Virus record (IMG/VR): IMGVR_UViG_2737471860_000008
Span: 1-48,484 of that record
Direction: 5' to 3' (one strand)
DNA: 48,484 bases
Origin: a virus
Lineage: Duplodnaviria > Heunggongvirae > Uroviricota > Caudoviricetes
Of this stretch, positions 29,359-39,638 are shown piece after piece. The notes beneath the pieces are model-generated. The model was given only the letters and a program-made list of their open reading frames with translations. It had not been told where the DNA came from and searched no databases. The stretch's first letter is position 1, and the number at the start of each line of letters is the position of its first letter. Both the position numbers and the translations under genes were made by a program.

Positions 29359-29795
29359 TCACCTTTCATCTGGGCGTTATCGATATCCCCTACGAGGACG
29401 AGGACGAGGACACCACGACGGGGAGCGTAGCGGAAGAGCTGGAAGCGAGGTATCAGATTATGCAGACGTTCTTTGACCGCTACGGGAACGACATCGCTGA
29501 GCTGATGAGCAAAGACCTGGCCGCAGCTCTTGAAAACATGTTCGCTGGCGCGCCGCCGGCAAAAGACCCGCTCGCTGAGTCAATGTCCAAAGTTCACGAT
29601 CTCTTTGTCGGCTTCCTCGATAACACCGAGATGAACGGCCTCCCTGGCGTACCAACGCGCCGCGCGCTTGAGGGAATATCGAAGCGCTTTAAAGGCAAAA
29701 ATGGGCCGCCGCGCCCTTCGTTCATTGACACAGGAACCTATCAGGCAGCTATGCGCGCCTGGGTAAGCGGGGTGATGAATGCCTTCCCTGAGTGA
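29355..29795 (+). CDS. Head-tail joining/neck protein, ~146 aa (start moved to MITFHLG)
   Basis: ATG overlaps upstream stop (ATGA); position. Confidence 0.4.
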   Translation: MITFHLGVIDIPYEDEDEDTTTGSVAEELEARYQIMQTFFDRYGNDIAELMSKDLAAALENMFAGAPPAKDPLAESMSKVHDLFVGFLDNTEMNGLPGVPTRRALEGISKRFKGKNGPPRPSFIDTGTYQAAMRAWVSGVMNAFPE

Positions 29796-30717
29796 GTTAC
29801 AGAACGCCAAAACCGAGCTTAACGCTACCCTGACGCAGGGGCTGGATGATCTGAGCCGGTTCCAGGTGGTCACGTTCACGAAGTACATCAGAAAGGTGCT
29901 TCCGCTCGATGGCTTCGTGTTCTGGGTGAAAGCCTCGGTCCTGTCTGACGATCCGAACAATGAGCCGGATACGGTGGATGTGAAGGGCTATCTGCACCTG
30001 ACGACAGAAACCATTCAGGACGACGAGCAACTTTACGATCGCAACGTGGTGACGTTCACCGCGCAGGAGGACATCGACCCGTTTAACGACATCGGGTCAG
30101 AGGTGCTGTACATCGGCGAGTTTTTTGGCGTTCAGTTCTCGTTCTCCCGTCGTACCGGGCTGAATGAGCCGGCGAACCTGTACCACTACACCGGAGAGGC
30201 AATTTTCCCGCACATGCGGTCGCAGATCATCAACTCTGCGGATGACATAGACCTCTCCGACGTGGTGGTGTCGAGTTCTTTGCCGATTTGGCTGGCCCTG
30301 AATCAGTACATGCCGATGTTCCCGGCGATGCTCTCAACGCAGAACCTTTCACCGCCTTATGCAACGGTGAAATGCAGCAATACGTCACCGATCGCCGGCG
30401 CTTTCTATCTGGACGAGAAGCAAAACCAGTATCAGCTGGTATCGGAAGATGTCACGCTTTCGGTCACCGGCCTGCGTAACGCCAGCATTGAAGACTTTGT
30501 GCGGTATGTGCAGGACTACACGACCGGCGATGCCCCGGAGATGGGGATCATGAATATTCCCGTCGTGCAAGATGAGCGAGTCACTCAGAACGAGCTCAAC
30601 ATCATTGCCATGCGTAAGACCATCAAATTCAAAATCAATTACTACCAGCAACGGATGCGTAACTTAGCGCGCCAGCTGATCACGTCTGCAATTCCGTCCA
30701 TTGACCCGGAGAAATAA
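29779..30717 (+). CDS. Tail completion/neck structural protein, 312 aa
   Basis: Position before sheath. Confidence 0.45.
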   Translation: MPSLSELQNAKTELNATLTQGLDDLSRFQVVTFTKYIRKVLPLDGFVFWVKASVLSDDPNNEPDTVDVKGYLHLTTETIQDDEQLYDRNVVTFTAQEDIDPFNDIGSEVLYIGEFFGVQFSFSRRTGLNEPANLYHYTGEAIFPHMRSQIINSADDIDLSDVVVSSSLPIWLALNQYMPMFPAMLSTQNLSPPYATVKCSNTSPIAGAFYLDEKQNQYQLVSEDVTLSVTGLRNASIEDFVRYVQDYTTGDAPEMGIMNIPVVQDERVTQNELNIIAMRKTIKFKINYYQQRMRNLARQLITSAIPSIDPEK

Positions 30718-30721
30718 GTAA

Positions 30722-32116
30722 ATGGCAATTGTTAATATTAACGTGTCGGTGACGAATCCGCCGAAGCCCTCGCAGTTGTTAAAGTCCGGGGCGATGATTT
30801 CTATGGGCGGCACGACGCTGAATGCCGGTGAATATCAGCTGCTGACCAGTGAAACCGACCTGGCCGACATCCTCGCACCGGCGAAATCCATCTCAACGCT
30901 CGCCTGGGCTACTGGCGTGGTAACCGTCACGCTGGCTGCCGCTCACGGATGGACTAACGGGTCACAGGTCCCGGTGATTATCTCCGGAGCGACTCCGGCG
31001 GGGTACAATGGCGCCTATACCGCTACGGTGACAGGTACCAACACCTTCACCTATCCGCTGACGACCAACCCCGGCACCGCAACGGCAATGGGGACGGTAA
31101 AAACGGTAGTTCAGAACGAAATTTCCCAGATGAATACCTCGTTCTGGGCCCAGGGTAAAACGCGGGCTGTTTATGTGCTGGAGCTGGGCGATGTGTCCAT
31201 GGAGGCAGCTATCGCAGCGCTGACAACCTTCATCGCTGAAGACGTCGCCCTGGGCAACACCTACCAGAAGTTTTTCTCCTATCTGGTGCCGCGCGAATGG
31301 GATTCGGTCGATGAATTTAAAACCCTGACCGGGCTTTATACCTCGCCGGGCAGCCTGGTTTACTTCTTTGTCACCACAACGATCGCGACCTATCAGGATT
31401 GGGTCGCGACCAAAAACAAAACTGTCTTTGCCGGCGTCGAGGCTCCGGATATTCCGGCGAGCGAGTTTTCCATGGCCGGCCCGTTCCAGTCGTCCCTGGC
31501 AAACGACCCGGGGTCGAGCAACATGGTGCCGCCGATGTCGTACCGCTTTATGTACGGCCTGACTGAGTACCCACTGGAAGGCAACAGCGCGCTGCTGAAA
31601 TCGCTGCAGGACAACAACATCAACTACATCGGCACCGGCGCAGAAGGTGGTCTCAGCAATAAAGTGCTGTTCACCGGCCGCATGCTCGACGGTAACCCGT
31701 TCAACTACTGGTATTCGGTGGCGTGGACGGCGATCAACCTTGAGCTCGACCTGGCGAATGAAATTATCAACGGCTCCAACACGACCGTTAACCCGCTGTA
31801 CTACGAGCAGAAGGGCATTGACCGCCTGCAGCGTCGCGCTCTGAAAACCTTGCGTAATGGCATCAGCTACGGGCTGATCCTCGGTCGCGTCATTGACACG
31901 CAACTGACGCAGGAAGATTTCAACACTGAGTATGACAAAGGCACTTACGCCGGCAACGCCGTGATCAACGCCGTGCCGTTCAGTAACTACAACAGCCTGA
32001 ACCCCTCCGATTACCAGGAAGGCAAATATAACGGGCTGAGCGCCGTCATGACGCCGCGCCGCGGCTTCGAATCCATCACGTTTAACGTGAACGTAACGAA
32101 CTTTGTAGGGGCGTAA
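30722..32116 (+). CDS. Tail sheath protein (contractile tail), 464 aa, with inserted ~45-aa HG.T.G...YNG...TFTY domain
   Basis: Size and order sheath-tube-chaperone-tape measure as in Mu/P2-type tails. Confidence 0.6.
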   Translation: MAIVNINVSVTNPPKPSQLLKSGAMISMGGTTLNAGEYQLLTSETDLADILAPAKSISTLAWATGVVTVTLAAAHGWTNGSQVPVIISGATPAGYNGAYTATVTGTNTFTYPLTTNPGTATAMGTVKTVVQNEISQMNTSFWAQGKTRAVYVLELGDVSMEAAIAALTTFIAEDVALGNTYQKFFSYLVPREWDSVDEFKTLTGLYTSPGSLVYFFVTTTIATYQDWVATKNKTVFAGVEAPDIPASEFSMAGPFQSSLANDPGSSNMVPPMSYRFMYGLTEYPLEGNSALLKSLQDNNINYIGTGAEGGLSNKVLFTGRMLDGNPFNYWYSVAWTAINLELDLANEIINGSNTTVNPLYYEQKGIDRLQRRALKTLRNGISYGLILGRVIDTQLTQEDFNTEYDKGTYAGNAVINAVPFSNYNSLNPSDYQEGKYNGLSAVMTPRRGFESITFNVNVTNFVGA

Positions 32117-32119
32117 AAA

Positions 32120-32557
32120 ATGGCGAACCCATTAGTACCGCAGGGCTTTCTTAACCGCGTACGCGGGGCTCTTTCCGTCACGGATACACCGGCGCTGAAC
32201 GTTTCGGCGTCGTACCTGGCAAAGGACGGCATTAGCCTGCGTCCGGATGGCCCAGCTACCGACATCATCCCTACGATGACCGGCACCGTCGGCAGCCAGG
32301 CGCCGTATCAGCAGGTAACGCTGACCGTGCATCTCCTGAAAACTCAGGGGCTGGGCGAAAGCTACCGGCAGCGCTTTTTAACCGATACGTCGCTGGGTGA
32401 AATCGTGGTGACGCCGGATGCAACGACGTTCGGCAATATCACGCTGCTCAACTGCTACCTGGTCAACTTCAACGAGCTGGCTTTCAGCGGGATGGACCCG
32501 GCTTTTGTGGTAACCATCAGCGGCTATATGGTCACCAACGACAACATGTGGGTGTAA
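32120..32557 (+). CDS. Tail tube protein, 145 aa
   Basis: Position directly after sheath. Confidence 0.5.
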   Translation: MANPLVPQGFLNRVRGALSVTDTPALNVSASYLAKDGISLRPDGPATDIIPTMTGTVGSQAPYQQVTLTVHLLKTQGLGESYRQRFLTDTSLGEIVVTPDATTFGNITLLNCYLVNFNELAFSGMDPAFVVTISGYMVTNDNMWV

Positions 32558-32560
32558 TGC

Positions 32561-33133
32561 ATGAAAATTGACAAGAAACTGAATCTGGTCACCAGCGTTA
32601 CCCGCGAAGACGGCTCGATCGTATACCTGCATGTGACGCCATTCCCCTATGAGGTGGTGGAAGAACACTGCATCCTGCTGGGGAACCTGTTCACCAAATT
32701 CATCTCGCAGGTTGGTGGTCTTGGCGCCGCCAGAATCGCCGCGATGATGCTGAGGCAGAGCCTGAAAGCGGAAATCGATAACGGTCGGACAGGTCCGAAC
32801 ATCGTTGATGAAATTCAGCGACTGACGGTCGTTATCCATAACGTCGGCGGCCAGTGGAAAACCACGCCTCTTGAGGTGGCATTCAAGCAGGGGGTTATCG
32901 ACCCTGATGAGTATCGCGAGGTCGAAGGCGAAGTGGTTTTTTTTATGGTTTCCTCTGCTATTCAGAAGGCAAACCTGATCGCGCCGACCGTGGGAACGGT
33001 GATCAAAATGTACGATGGGCAACTAACCTCATCGAGCGTTACGGCGTTCCGCGATTCGTTGCAGACGTCGAAGCCGGTTACCGATACCCCGACCCAGAAT
33101 GCCCCGCCGGAAACGTCATTTATACCCTCTTAG
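32561..33133 (+). CDS. Tail assembly chaperone-like protein, 190 aa
   Basis: Position between tube and tape measure. Confidence 0.4.
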   Translation: MKIDKKLNLVTSVTREDGSIVYLHVTPFPYEVVEEHCILLGNLFTKFISQVGGLGAARIAAMMLRQSLKAEIDNGRTGPNIVDEIQRLTVVIHNVGGQWKTTPLEVAFKQGVIDPDEYREVEGEVVFFMVSSAIQKANLIAPTVGTVIKMYDGQLTSSSVTAFRDSLQTSKPVTDTPTQNAPPETSFIPS

Positions 33134-33256
33134 ACTGGGCGTCTAATGAGGGCTTCTGGCAGGTGATAAGGGAGATCACCGGCGAGGAGTATGCCAGCCC
33201 GGCGCAGTACCGGCAGCGCTACCTTCTCGCCGCGCTCAAAGAAAGAGGTTTCTTCA

Positions 33257-35161
33257 ATGGTAGCTAAGTCGATCGTCGACATTGACGTAAATGACGACAA
33301 GTTTGTCGCGTTTATGGAAAGGTTTCGCGAGTACCAGAGCGCGCTGGATGATTTACCGGAAGCCTGGCGGGTAGCTGCCGTTGGTATTGGCGAAAGCAGC
33401 AAGCAGACCGAAAAGGCCAAAGGTGAGGCGAAGGGGTTAGGCGCGGAGTTTAATGCCGTGGCCGAGGCCATTCTGACCATCAACAGCGGTATCGATCGGC
33501 TCAATACCAACCTGGAAGACTCGAAGAAAAAGCAGGACGAATTCAACAAAAGCACCCGATCTGCGAAAGGCTTCCTCAGCGATGCGACGAAAGACGCTAA
33601 ATCGCTGGCAGGTCATATCAAGGAAGCGACGGCCAGCCTTCTTTCCTGGGGTGGTATTGTCGGGATATTTACCGGCGTCCTTGGCGTTGGCGGCCTGTTT
33701 GGCATCAACCGCCTGGCGGCCACCACCGGCGCCCAGCGGTTTACCTCTCTCGGGCTCGGGACGAGCATCGGCGCGCTGGATTCCACCGCCATAAACTACC
33801 AGAAAGTGCTGGGCAATCCGGCGGGGACGCTGGGCGCTATCCGCGATTCGCAGATGGACCTGTCGAAGCGCTGGACGTTTCAGGCGATGGGGATTAACAA
33901 TCCCGACCAGGACCCGGCCAAACTGCTCCCGCAGATGATCCGTAATGCGCGAGATATCTTCGTGCAGAACGGCAGCACGCTACAGGGCGCACAGGCGCAC
34001 GGCCTGACAAACTTCTTTACGCTGGACGACCTGAACCGCTTCAAAAACATGAGCGATGAGGAGATCACCGCCATGGAGAAGCGCGCGCAGCAGGATGCGC
34101 GCATGTTGCAAATTACCGACCAGCAGGCGCGCCAGTGGCAGGATTTTAACGTCCAGCTCGACTACAGCAGCCAGAGCATCAGGAACACTTTTGTGCGCGG
34201 CCTGGGTCCTCTCACGCCGCAACTGAGCAAACTGTCTGATGCGCTGGCAGGCGCGATCGATACCGTCCTGAAATCCCCCGAACTCGGCAAGTGGATTGAT
34301 GCGCTTGCCGGTGGTATTGAGCGGTTCGGTAACTACCTGGCTTCGCCGACGTTCAAAAGCGACGTTGAGTCGTTTATGTCGGGCGTTGAGCGGCTGGGGC
34401 GCGTCATCATGAAAGTGCTCGGCTGGCTCGATGGCGGATCGTCGGCGATGGACGATATCAAGTCCGGGTCCTCATTCCTGAATAATGACGTCCAGACCGA
34501 TGCCGGCGGAAACCACTTCGTAAAAGGCGGCATCAGCGACCCGAACACGCCAGCAGCGTCAAAATGGCTGGCACGCCATCTGTACAGCTTGACTGGTACG
34601 GCACCTGCCGAGTACGACCAGTATTTTCTGGATGCAGCCAAGAAATACAACGTCGACCCGCGCTGGCTTAAAGCCATTGCCGCGGGGGAATCTTCATGGG
34701 ACCAGAACGCGCAAGGGCCTGTTACAAGGTCTGGTAAGCGTGCATTAGGCTTGATGCAAATTATGCCTGATAACTTTCAGCCTGGTGAGAAGCCGTTTGA
34801 CCCGCGGGACAACATCATGGCTGGCGCCCGAGTTTTTTCCTGGGCGATGCAGAGCGCGAATGGTGATCTCGACGAAGCGCTGCGTTATTACAACGGCGGA
34901 AGCCGCCGCGGGAGTGCAGAAAACAGGGCTTATCCCGGCAGAATCAGGGAGAAGTATGCCGCGATGTATGGAGCACCGAAGAGCAATGATGCTACCGGCG
35001 TCGATAGTTCAGAGATTGCCAAGAACACCTCGAAAACTAACCAGCTCCTGCAACAGATCGTAGATGGGAAAGGCGGAAGAGGCGGGAGCGGTGACGTTGT
35101 TATTTATAACAACACCGGCGGGAATGCCGTGGTAACTTCAGCGCAATTGGGGGCGAGGTAA
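33257..35161 (+). CDS. Tape measure protein with lytic transglycosylase (SLT) domain, ~634 aa (start moved to MVAKSIVD)
   Basis: Coiled-coil N-terminal half; SLT-like motif in C-terminal part (GESSWDQNA...GLMQIMP...YNGG). Confidence 0.6.
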   Translation: MVAKSIVDIDVNDDKFVAFMERFREYQSALDDLPEAWRVAAVGIGESSKQTEKAKGEAKGLGAEFNAVAEAILTINSGIDRLNTNLEDSKKKQDEFNKSTRSAKGFLSDATKDAKSLAGHIKEATASLLSWGGIVGIFTGVLGVGGLFGINRLAATTGAQRFTSLGLGTSIGALDSTAINYQKVLGNPAGTLGAIRDSQMDLSKRWTFQAMGINNPDQDPAKLLPQMIRNARDIFVQNGSTLQGAQAHGLTNFFTLDDLNRFKNMSDEEITAMEKRAQQDARMLQITDQQARQWQDFNVQLDYSSQSIRNTFVRGLGPLTPQLSKLSDALAGAIDTVLKSPELGKWIDALAGGIERFGNYLASPTFKSDVESFMSGVERLGRVIMKVLGWLDGGSSAMDDIKSGSSFLNNDVQTDAGGNHFVKGGISDPNTPAASKWLARHLYSLTGTAPAEYDQYFLDAAKKYNVDPRWLKAIAAGESSWDQNAQGPVTRSGKRALGLMQIMPDNFQPGEKPFDPRDNIMAGARVFSWAMQSANGDLDEALRYYNGGSRRGSAENRAYPGRIREKYAAMYGAPKSNDATGVDSSEIAKNTSKTNQLLQQIVDGKGGRGGSGDVVIYNNTGGNAVVTSAQLGAR

Positions 35162-35871
35162 TGGGATTCACACGTGAAATGTATAAGCTGGGTTTTGAAA
35201 TATCCCCAGTAATACTTTGCGGAGGGATAGCGCAGGCCATTCCTGGAGGAATGCTCCCGATCGTCGCTTTGACGCAGAGCGCGAGCTTTGTTACGGGACT
35301 GCTTGGAGGAGCCATAAACCTAACCGATCTGGATAAATATTTCTGCCACTGGCGCCCGGTTCAGGGCGCCACAATGGTTGATTATGAAATTGCCAGATAC
35401 CCTTTCGCCAACCAGGTAGTAGCTGCGAACGCCTTGCTTGCTCAGCCTTTGCGCGTTTCGTTGGTAATGGAGGCCCCGGTCAATGAAAACACCGGGGCGA
35501 TGACAAAGCTCGTCACTATGAGTGCTTTGCAGTCTGTCCTTCAGGCGCATTCTAACTTAGGCGGCACGTTTATCGTCGCCACCCCATCCGTTATCTATAG
35601 CAACTGCATTTTGCGTGTCGTGAGGGACATCACTTCTGGTAATGATCCATTACCACAGCGTTCATGGATATGGGATTTCGAGCAGCCACTGATAACCGAT
35701 AATGGTGCAGAGCAGGCTGTGAACAATTTTTTAAACAAGATTGGCGCCGGGGATATGGTAACCGACCCATCCTGGACTAATACCGCCAATTCTCTTGGCA
35801 ACACGCCTCTCGGGAGCTCTGTATCGGAAGCAATAACCGGCCTATTGGGTAAGTTGGGGGTAGGGCCATGA
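35161..35871 (+). CDS. Tail/baseplate assembly protein, 236 aa
   Basis: Position after tape measure. Confidence 0.4.
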   Translation: MGFTREMYKLGFEISPVILCGGIAQAIPGGMLPIVALTQSASFVTGLLGGAINLTDLDKYFCHWRPVQGATMVDYEIARYPFANQVVAANALLAQPLRVSLVMEAPVNENTGAMTKLVTMSALQSVLQAHSNLGGTFIVATPSVIYSNCILRVVRDITSGNDPLPQRSWIWDFEQPLITDNGAEQAVNNFLNKIGAGDMVTDPSWTNTANSLGNTPLGSSVSEAITGLLGKLGVGP

Positions 35872-36146
35872 CAACCCAGAATTATCCGTTTACCGGCAAT
35901 GATCGTCAAAGCATGACTTTTACACCGATCCTTGATGGCACCGTCTATAACTGCCAGGTCAAATGGAACATTGCCGGGCTGAGGTGGTATGTCCTCATAA
36001 CCGATGGTTCTGGGAATACCATTCTAAATACCCCGCTCGTTGGCTCCGTGCTTAACGGTGGAATAAATATTATCTCCGGAGTGTTTAATTCGTCCTCCAT
36101 GTACTGGCGAGAACAGAATGGACAGATTGAGGTAAACAGCTCATGA
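35868..36146 (+). CDS. Small tail protein, 92 aa
   Basis: Position; overlapping start/stop. Confidence 0.4.
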   Translation: MTTQNYPFTGNDRQSMTFTPILDGTVYNCQVKWNIAGLRWYVLITDGSGNTILNTPLVGSVLNGGINIISGVFNSSSMYWREQNGQIEVNSS

Positions 36147-37180
36147 GATATTATGATATTGAGATAACCATTCCTGCTGAAGGTGCCTCTCCGGAAAGAA
36201 CGATAAAATACAGTAGCCATAAGAACGGAGTTTACAACCCAGGCGCCATGATGATTGAGTTTGATATCCTCAGATACGGTGAATCGACACCCCAGGGCGA
36301 AACTCACCTGACCATCTGGGGTATTGGCCCAAAAGAAATGCAGCAGGCTCGCCAGAATTTCTTTGGCAAAAAAATTAAAATATCCCTTGGGATGAAAGAT
36401 GGGCTGCCATTGGCTGGGAAGGTTACCGCGCCAAAACTGGTGTTGGATGGCGTGATAAATCAGGTCTTTGGTAACTGGCAGGGAATTGAGTTAAGACTTG
36501 ACTTCATAATCGTGGTTGGCCCTGTCCAGAACGTGCAAAATAACAAACCAGTACCCCTTCCTTTAACCTTTGACTGGAAGGAGGGGCAGAAGCTTTCTGT
36601 AGCCCTCACGCAGTGTTTTATGAACATCAGAGGGTATACGTTCAACATCAACATAAGCGACCGGCTAATTCTTAATCATTACCGGGGGCTGTTTTGTGAT
36701 GATATTGTCACACTGGCCAAGGACCTTAATGCTTTTTCACGTTCCAGAATTCGCGATGGCGGATACTCTGGTGTAGAGATCGCAATAGTGAATGGTAATG
36801 AGATCCGGGTATGGGATAACGATTATGATAACCACCCGGATAAGACTTCTGTTTCCAGCGCCGTAGCCAGAAGTAACAGCCCAACCCAAATAGATTTCAA
36901 GGATTTGATAGGGCAGCCAACATGGGTGGCATTTAACACAATCAGCATGGCGTGCGTAATGCGCGGTGATATTCAGGTTGGCGATCACATCCTGATGCCT
37001 AAAAAAAGCACTCCGTTGATACAGGCCTCTTCGTACTCTCAATATCGAGAAGACTCTGCCTTTACTGGCGACTTTATTGTGAACTCCGTTCGCCTGTTAG
37101 GTAATAGCAGGCAACCAACGGCAGAAGCATGGGTAACAATTATTGAGGCTTCCCCTTTCATTAAGGCAGGTAATGCATGA
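36143..37180 (+). CDS. Baseplate hub-like protein (Mu gp44/P2 gpD-like), 345 aa
   Basis: Size and position before spike gene. Confidence 0.45.
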   Translation: MRYYDIEITIPAEGASPERTIKYSSHKNGVYNPGAMMIEFDILRYGESTPQGETHLTIWGIGPKEMQQARQNFFGKKIKISLGMKDGLPLAGKVTAPKLVLDGVINQVFGNWQGIELRLDFIIVVGPVQNVQNNKPVPLPLTFDWKEGQKLSVALTQCFMNIRGYTFNINISDRLILNHYRGLFCDDIVTLAKDLNAFSRSRIRDGGYSGVEIAIVNGNEIRVWDNDYDNHPDKTSVSSAVARSNSPTQIDFKDLIGQPTWVAFNTISMACVMRGDIQVGDHILMPKKSTPLIQASSYSQYREDSAFTGDFIVNSVRLLGNSRQPTAEAWVTIIEASPFIKAGNA

Positions 37181-37893
37181 GCATCGACAACAAGCTTAAT
37201 TTTGCCTCAAGCATGAACAGGTTTACTGAAAGAAAAATTGATAATGCGCTTCAAAAATCAGGGAAAGTTCTTCCGGCGAGCGTGGTTAAGCAAACAGGGA
37301 ATATGATCACTGTTTCCTTTGAGCTAAGGGATATCCCATATGTTTTGCCGCAAGTGACTATCCCCTTATTCGGCCCTCAATATATTCGTTACCCCATGCA
37401 GCCGGGAGATAAGGGGATTGTTATCCCCGCAGATACTTACATTGGCGGGGTTAGCGGTCAGGGAGGCGGCATTGCGGATATGACTCCGCCAGCAAACTTA
37501 AGCGCCCTTGTTTTCTTGCCAATCAGTAATACCGAGTGGCAGGGTGTCGACGGACAGGTGGTGACGGTATACGGTCCCGAGGGGGTAACGCTGCGCGACA
37601 GCGGCAGCAACACGACGTTTCTCCTGAAGCCTGACAGCATCGCCATTTCCACACCTGACAGCTTCACCGTCACCGTTGGCGGGACAGTTTTTTCACTGAC
37701 CGGTAGCAAATGGAACCTTTCAGGAGATGCAGGACATCTGCAGGACTCTGTTGCCAGCACCAGCCCGGCAATCATGCACGCCGGGTGGCAATCGCTTCTG
37801 GCCTGGCTGAACAGCCATGAACATTCAAACGGCAACGATGGAAATGATACCGGGGGGCCGACTTCAACGTTTAACGGGAGTATCACCGAGTGA
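37177..37893 (+). CDS. Baseplate spike (gpV-like), 238 aa
   Basis: Gly-rich beta-rich protein with C-terminal HEH motif, position. Confidence 0.45.
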   Translation: MSIDNKLNFASSMNRFTERKIDNALQKSGKVLPASVVKQTGNMITVSFELRDIPYVLPQVTIPLFGPQYIRYPMQPGDKGIVIPADTYIGGVSGQGGGIADMTPPANLSALVFLPISNTEWQGVDGQVVTVYGPEGVTLRDSGSNTTFLLKPDSIAISTPDSFTVTVGGTVFSLTGSKWNLSGDAGHLQDSVASTSPAIMHAGWQSLLAWLNSHEHSNGNDGNDTGGPTSTFNGSITE

Positions 37894-38222
37894 GAACCTA
37901 TGGCCGAAACTCTGAGGGGAAGTGGGTCCTGGTGGAAACCGACGAAAATGGGTTTAATGACTCGGTGTATTTGACCACTCTGATCCAGAATCTGAAACTG
38001 GCACCGCAGGAGTCGCCCTTTTATGCGAACAACGGAATACCGGCCGCCGGTTCAGTGATCCAGCAAATCCTGCCAACGTATTACGTAAACCGTATTCAAA
38101 AACAGTTCAGCCAGTATTTTTCCTCGCTGCAGATTGCACTGATCAGCGACGACCCGCCTGTTTATAACATCTCGGCAATCACAAACGCAGGTTCAAAAAT
38201 AATTACACAGGTGGCCGTATGA
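37890..38222 (+). CDS. Small baseplate protein (gpW-like by position), 110 aa
   Basis: Position. Confidence 0.4.
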   Translation: MRTYGRNSEGKWVLVETDENGFNDSVYLTTLIQNLKLAPQESPFYANNGIPAAGSVIQQILPTYYVNRIQKQFSQYFSSLQIALISDDPPVYNISAITNAGSKIITQVAV

Positions 38223-39637
38223 GCGATTTACCAGTCAGCTATACGTCAGCAGGACCGGTTCCTCTGACGCCGGAAGAGCTAAGAGCACAGCTCGTTTCCC
38301 AGGCCATTGCGCTATCTCCGGGGCTCACAACTGATTTGCCTGGCTCTCTGATTGAGGACGTGGCCAGTACCGATGTCGGCGCGCTCATCGTTTGTGATCA
38401 AGCAAGGGTTGACCTGATTAACTCAGTGGGGCCGCTAAAGGCTAACCTCGCCATGCTAGAGCTTCTCGCGCAGCAGGCTGGTATCCCCGGGCAAAAAACG
38501 GCTGGCACGACAACGGTTCCGATTCAGTTTTCCGGCCCGGCGGGATTTGTTATCCCACAGGGGTTTATTGTTTCTGATGGGACCTATACCTATTCAGTCA
38601 GTGATGCGACGATTATCTCATCGTCTGGAGTATCTGCCAGCGTATCATGCGAGGGAACGGAGACCGGGACCTGGGCGGTTCCGGTAAATACGGTTAACCA
38701 GATCATATCCAGTCTACCGTCTGACGTCACCATCACCTGCACCAACCCGATCGCCGGCACTCCGGGTGCTGACCCGGAAACGAACTATCAGTTTCGTGAT
38801 CGCGTATGGCAGGCGCAGATGGCCACCGTTCAGGGATATCCTGGATTTATCCGGCAATATCTCACCAGCCTTGATAACGTGCAGGCGCGCCTGGTTTCTG
38901 TCATTCAGGACGGGGATAAGTGGATAGTTATGTGTGCCGGCGGTGATATTTACGATATTGCTGGCGCGCTCTATAAGTCTGCAGGGGATATCAGTCGGCT
39001 GAAAGGGTGTTCACTGAACGTAACGGGGATCACGAATGCAAATCCTGGTGTCGTCAGCACAGACCTGACTCATGGTTACACTGACGGCCAGGTTATCCGG
39101 ATCACTGGCGTTACCGGGATGACGGGTATTAATGACGTTCCTCTGACCGTGACGGTACTGTCTCCTCACACGTTTTCCATCGGGATTGACACCACGTCAT
39201 CCGGGACCTGGGGAGGCGGCGGCGAGGTGACACCGAACGTCAGAAACAATACCGTGACGGTGAATGACTGGCCTGATAACTACGTGATCCCGTTCGTGAC
39301 GCCATTGCTGCAGCGGGTCACTGTGACGTATCAGTGGGGGACAGAAAGTGTTAACTACCTGACAGATGCCACGGTCGCCTCTCTGGTCTCGGCGCCTACG
39401 ATTCAGTATGTGAACGGCATATTCGCCGGGAAACCGCTGAACGTTAACAACCTGAAAGACGCATTCTTACAGGCGATTAACTCGACAATCGACATGGGGC
39501 TGATCAGTACTCTAAACGTCGTGGTCACCATCAATGGTGTGATAACGCCACCGGATGCCGGGACGAATATCATCAGCGGCGATAAGTTCAGTTATTTTTA
39601 TATCGCGTCGGATGGCGTGATCGTAACAGGGGCGTAG
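38219..39637 (+). CDS. Baseplate wedge protein (gpJ-like), 472 aa, with inserted HG.T.GQ...TF domain
   Basis: Size and position; overlapping start/stop with neighbours. Confidence 0.5.
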   Translation: MSDLPVSYTSAGPVPLTPEELRAQLVSQAIALSPGLTTDLPGSLIEDVASTDVGALIVCDQARVDLINSVGPLKANLAMLELLAQQAGIPGQKTAGTTTVPIQFSGPAGFVIPQGFIVSDGTYTYSVSDATIISSSGVSASVSCEGTETGTWAVPVNTVNQIISSLPSDVTITCTNPIAGTPGADPETNYQFRDRVWQAQMATVQGYPGFIRQYLTSLDNVQARLVSVIQDGDKWIVMCAGGDIYDIAGALYKSAGDISRLKGCSLNVTGITNANPGVVSTDLTHGYTDGQVIRITGVTGMTGINDVPLTVTVLSPHTFSIGIDTTSSGTWGGGGEVTPNVRNNTVTVNDWPDNYVIPFVTPLLQRVTVTYQWGTESVNYLTDATVASLVSAPTIQYVNGIFAGKPLNVNNLKDAFLQAINSTIDMGLISTLNVVVTINGVITPPDAGTNIISGDKFSYFYIASDGVIVTGA

Positions 39638-39638
39638 C

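Noticed and set aside
30962-31903. 313-aa minus-strand ORF
   Set aside because: Lies entirely antisense within the sheath gene in a GC-rich region; no SD or operon context; typical antisense open frame.
32378-33022. 214-aa minus-strand ORF
   Set aside because: Antisense across the tube and chaperone genes, which form a tightly spaced plus-strand operon.
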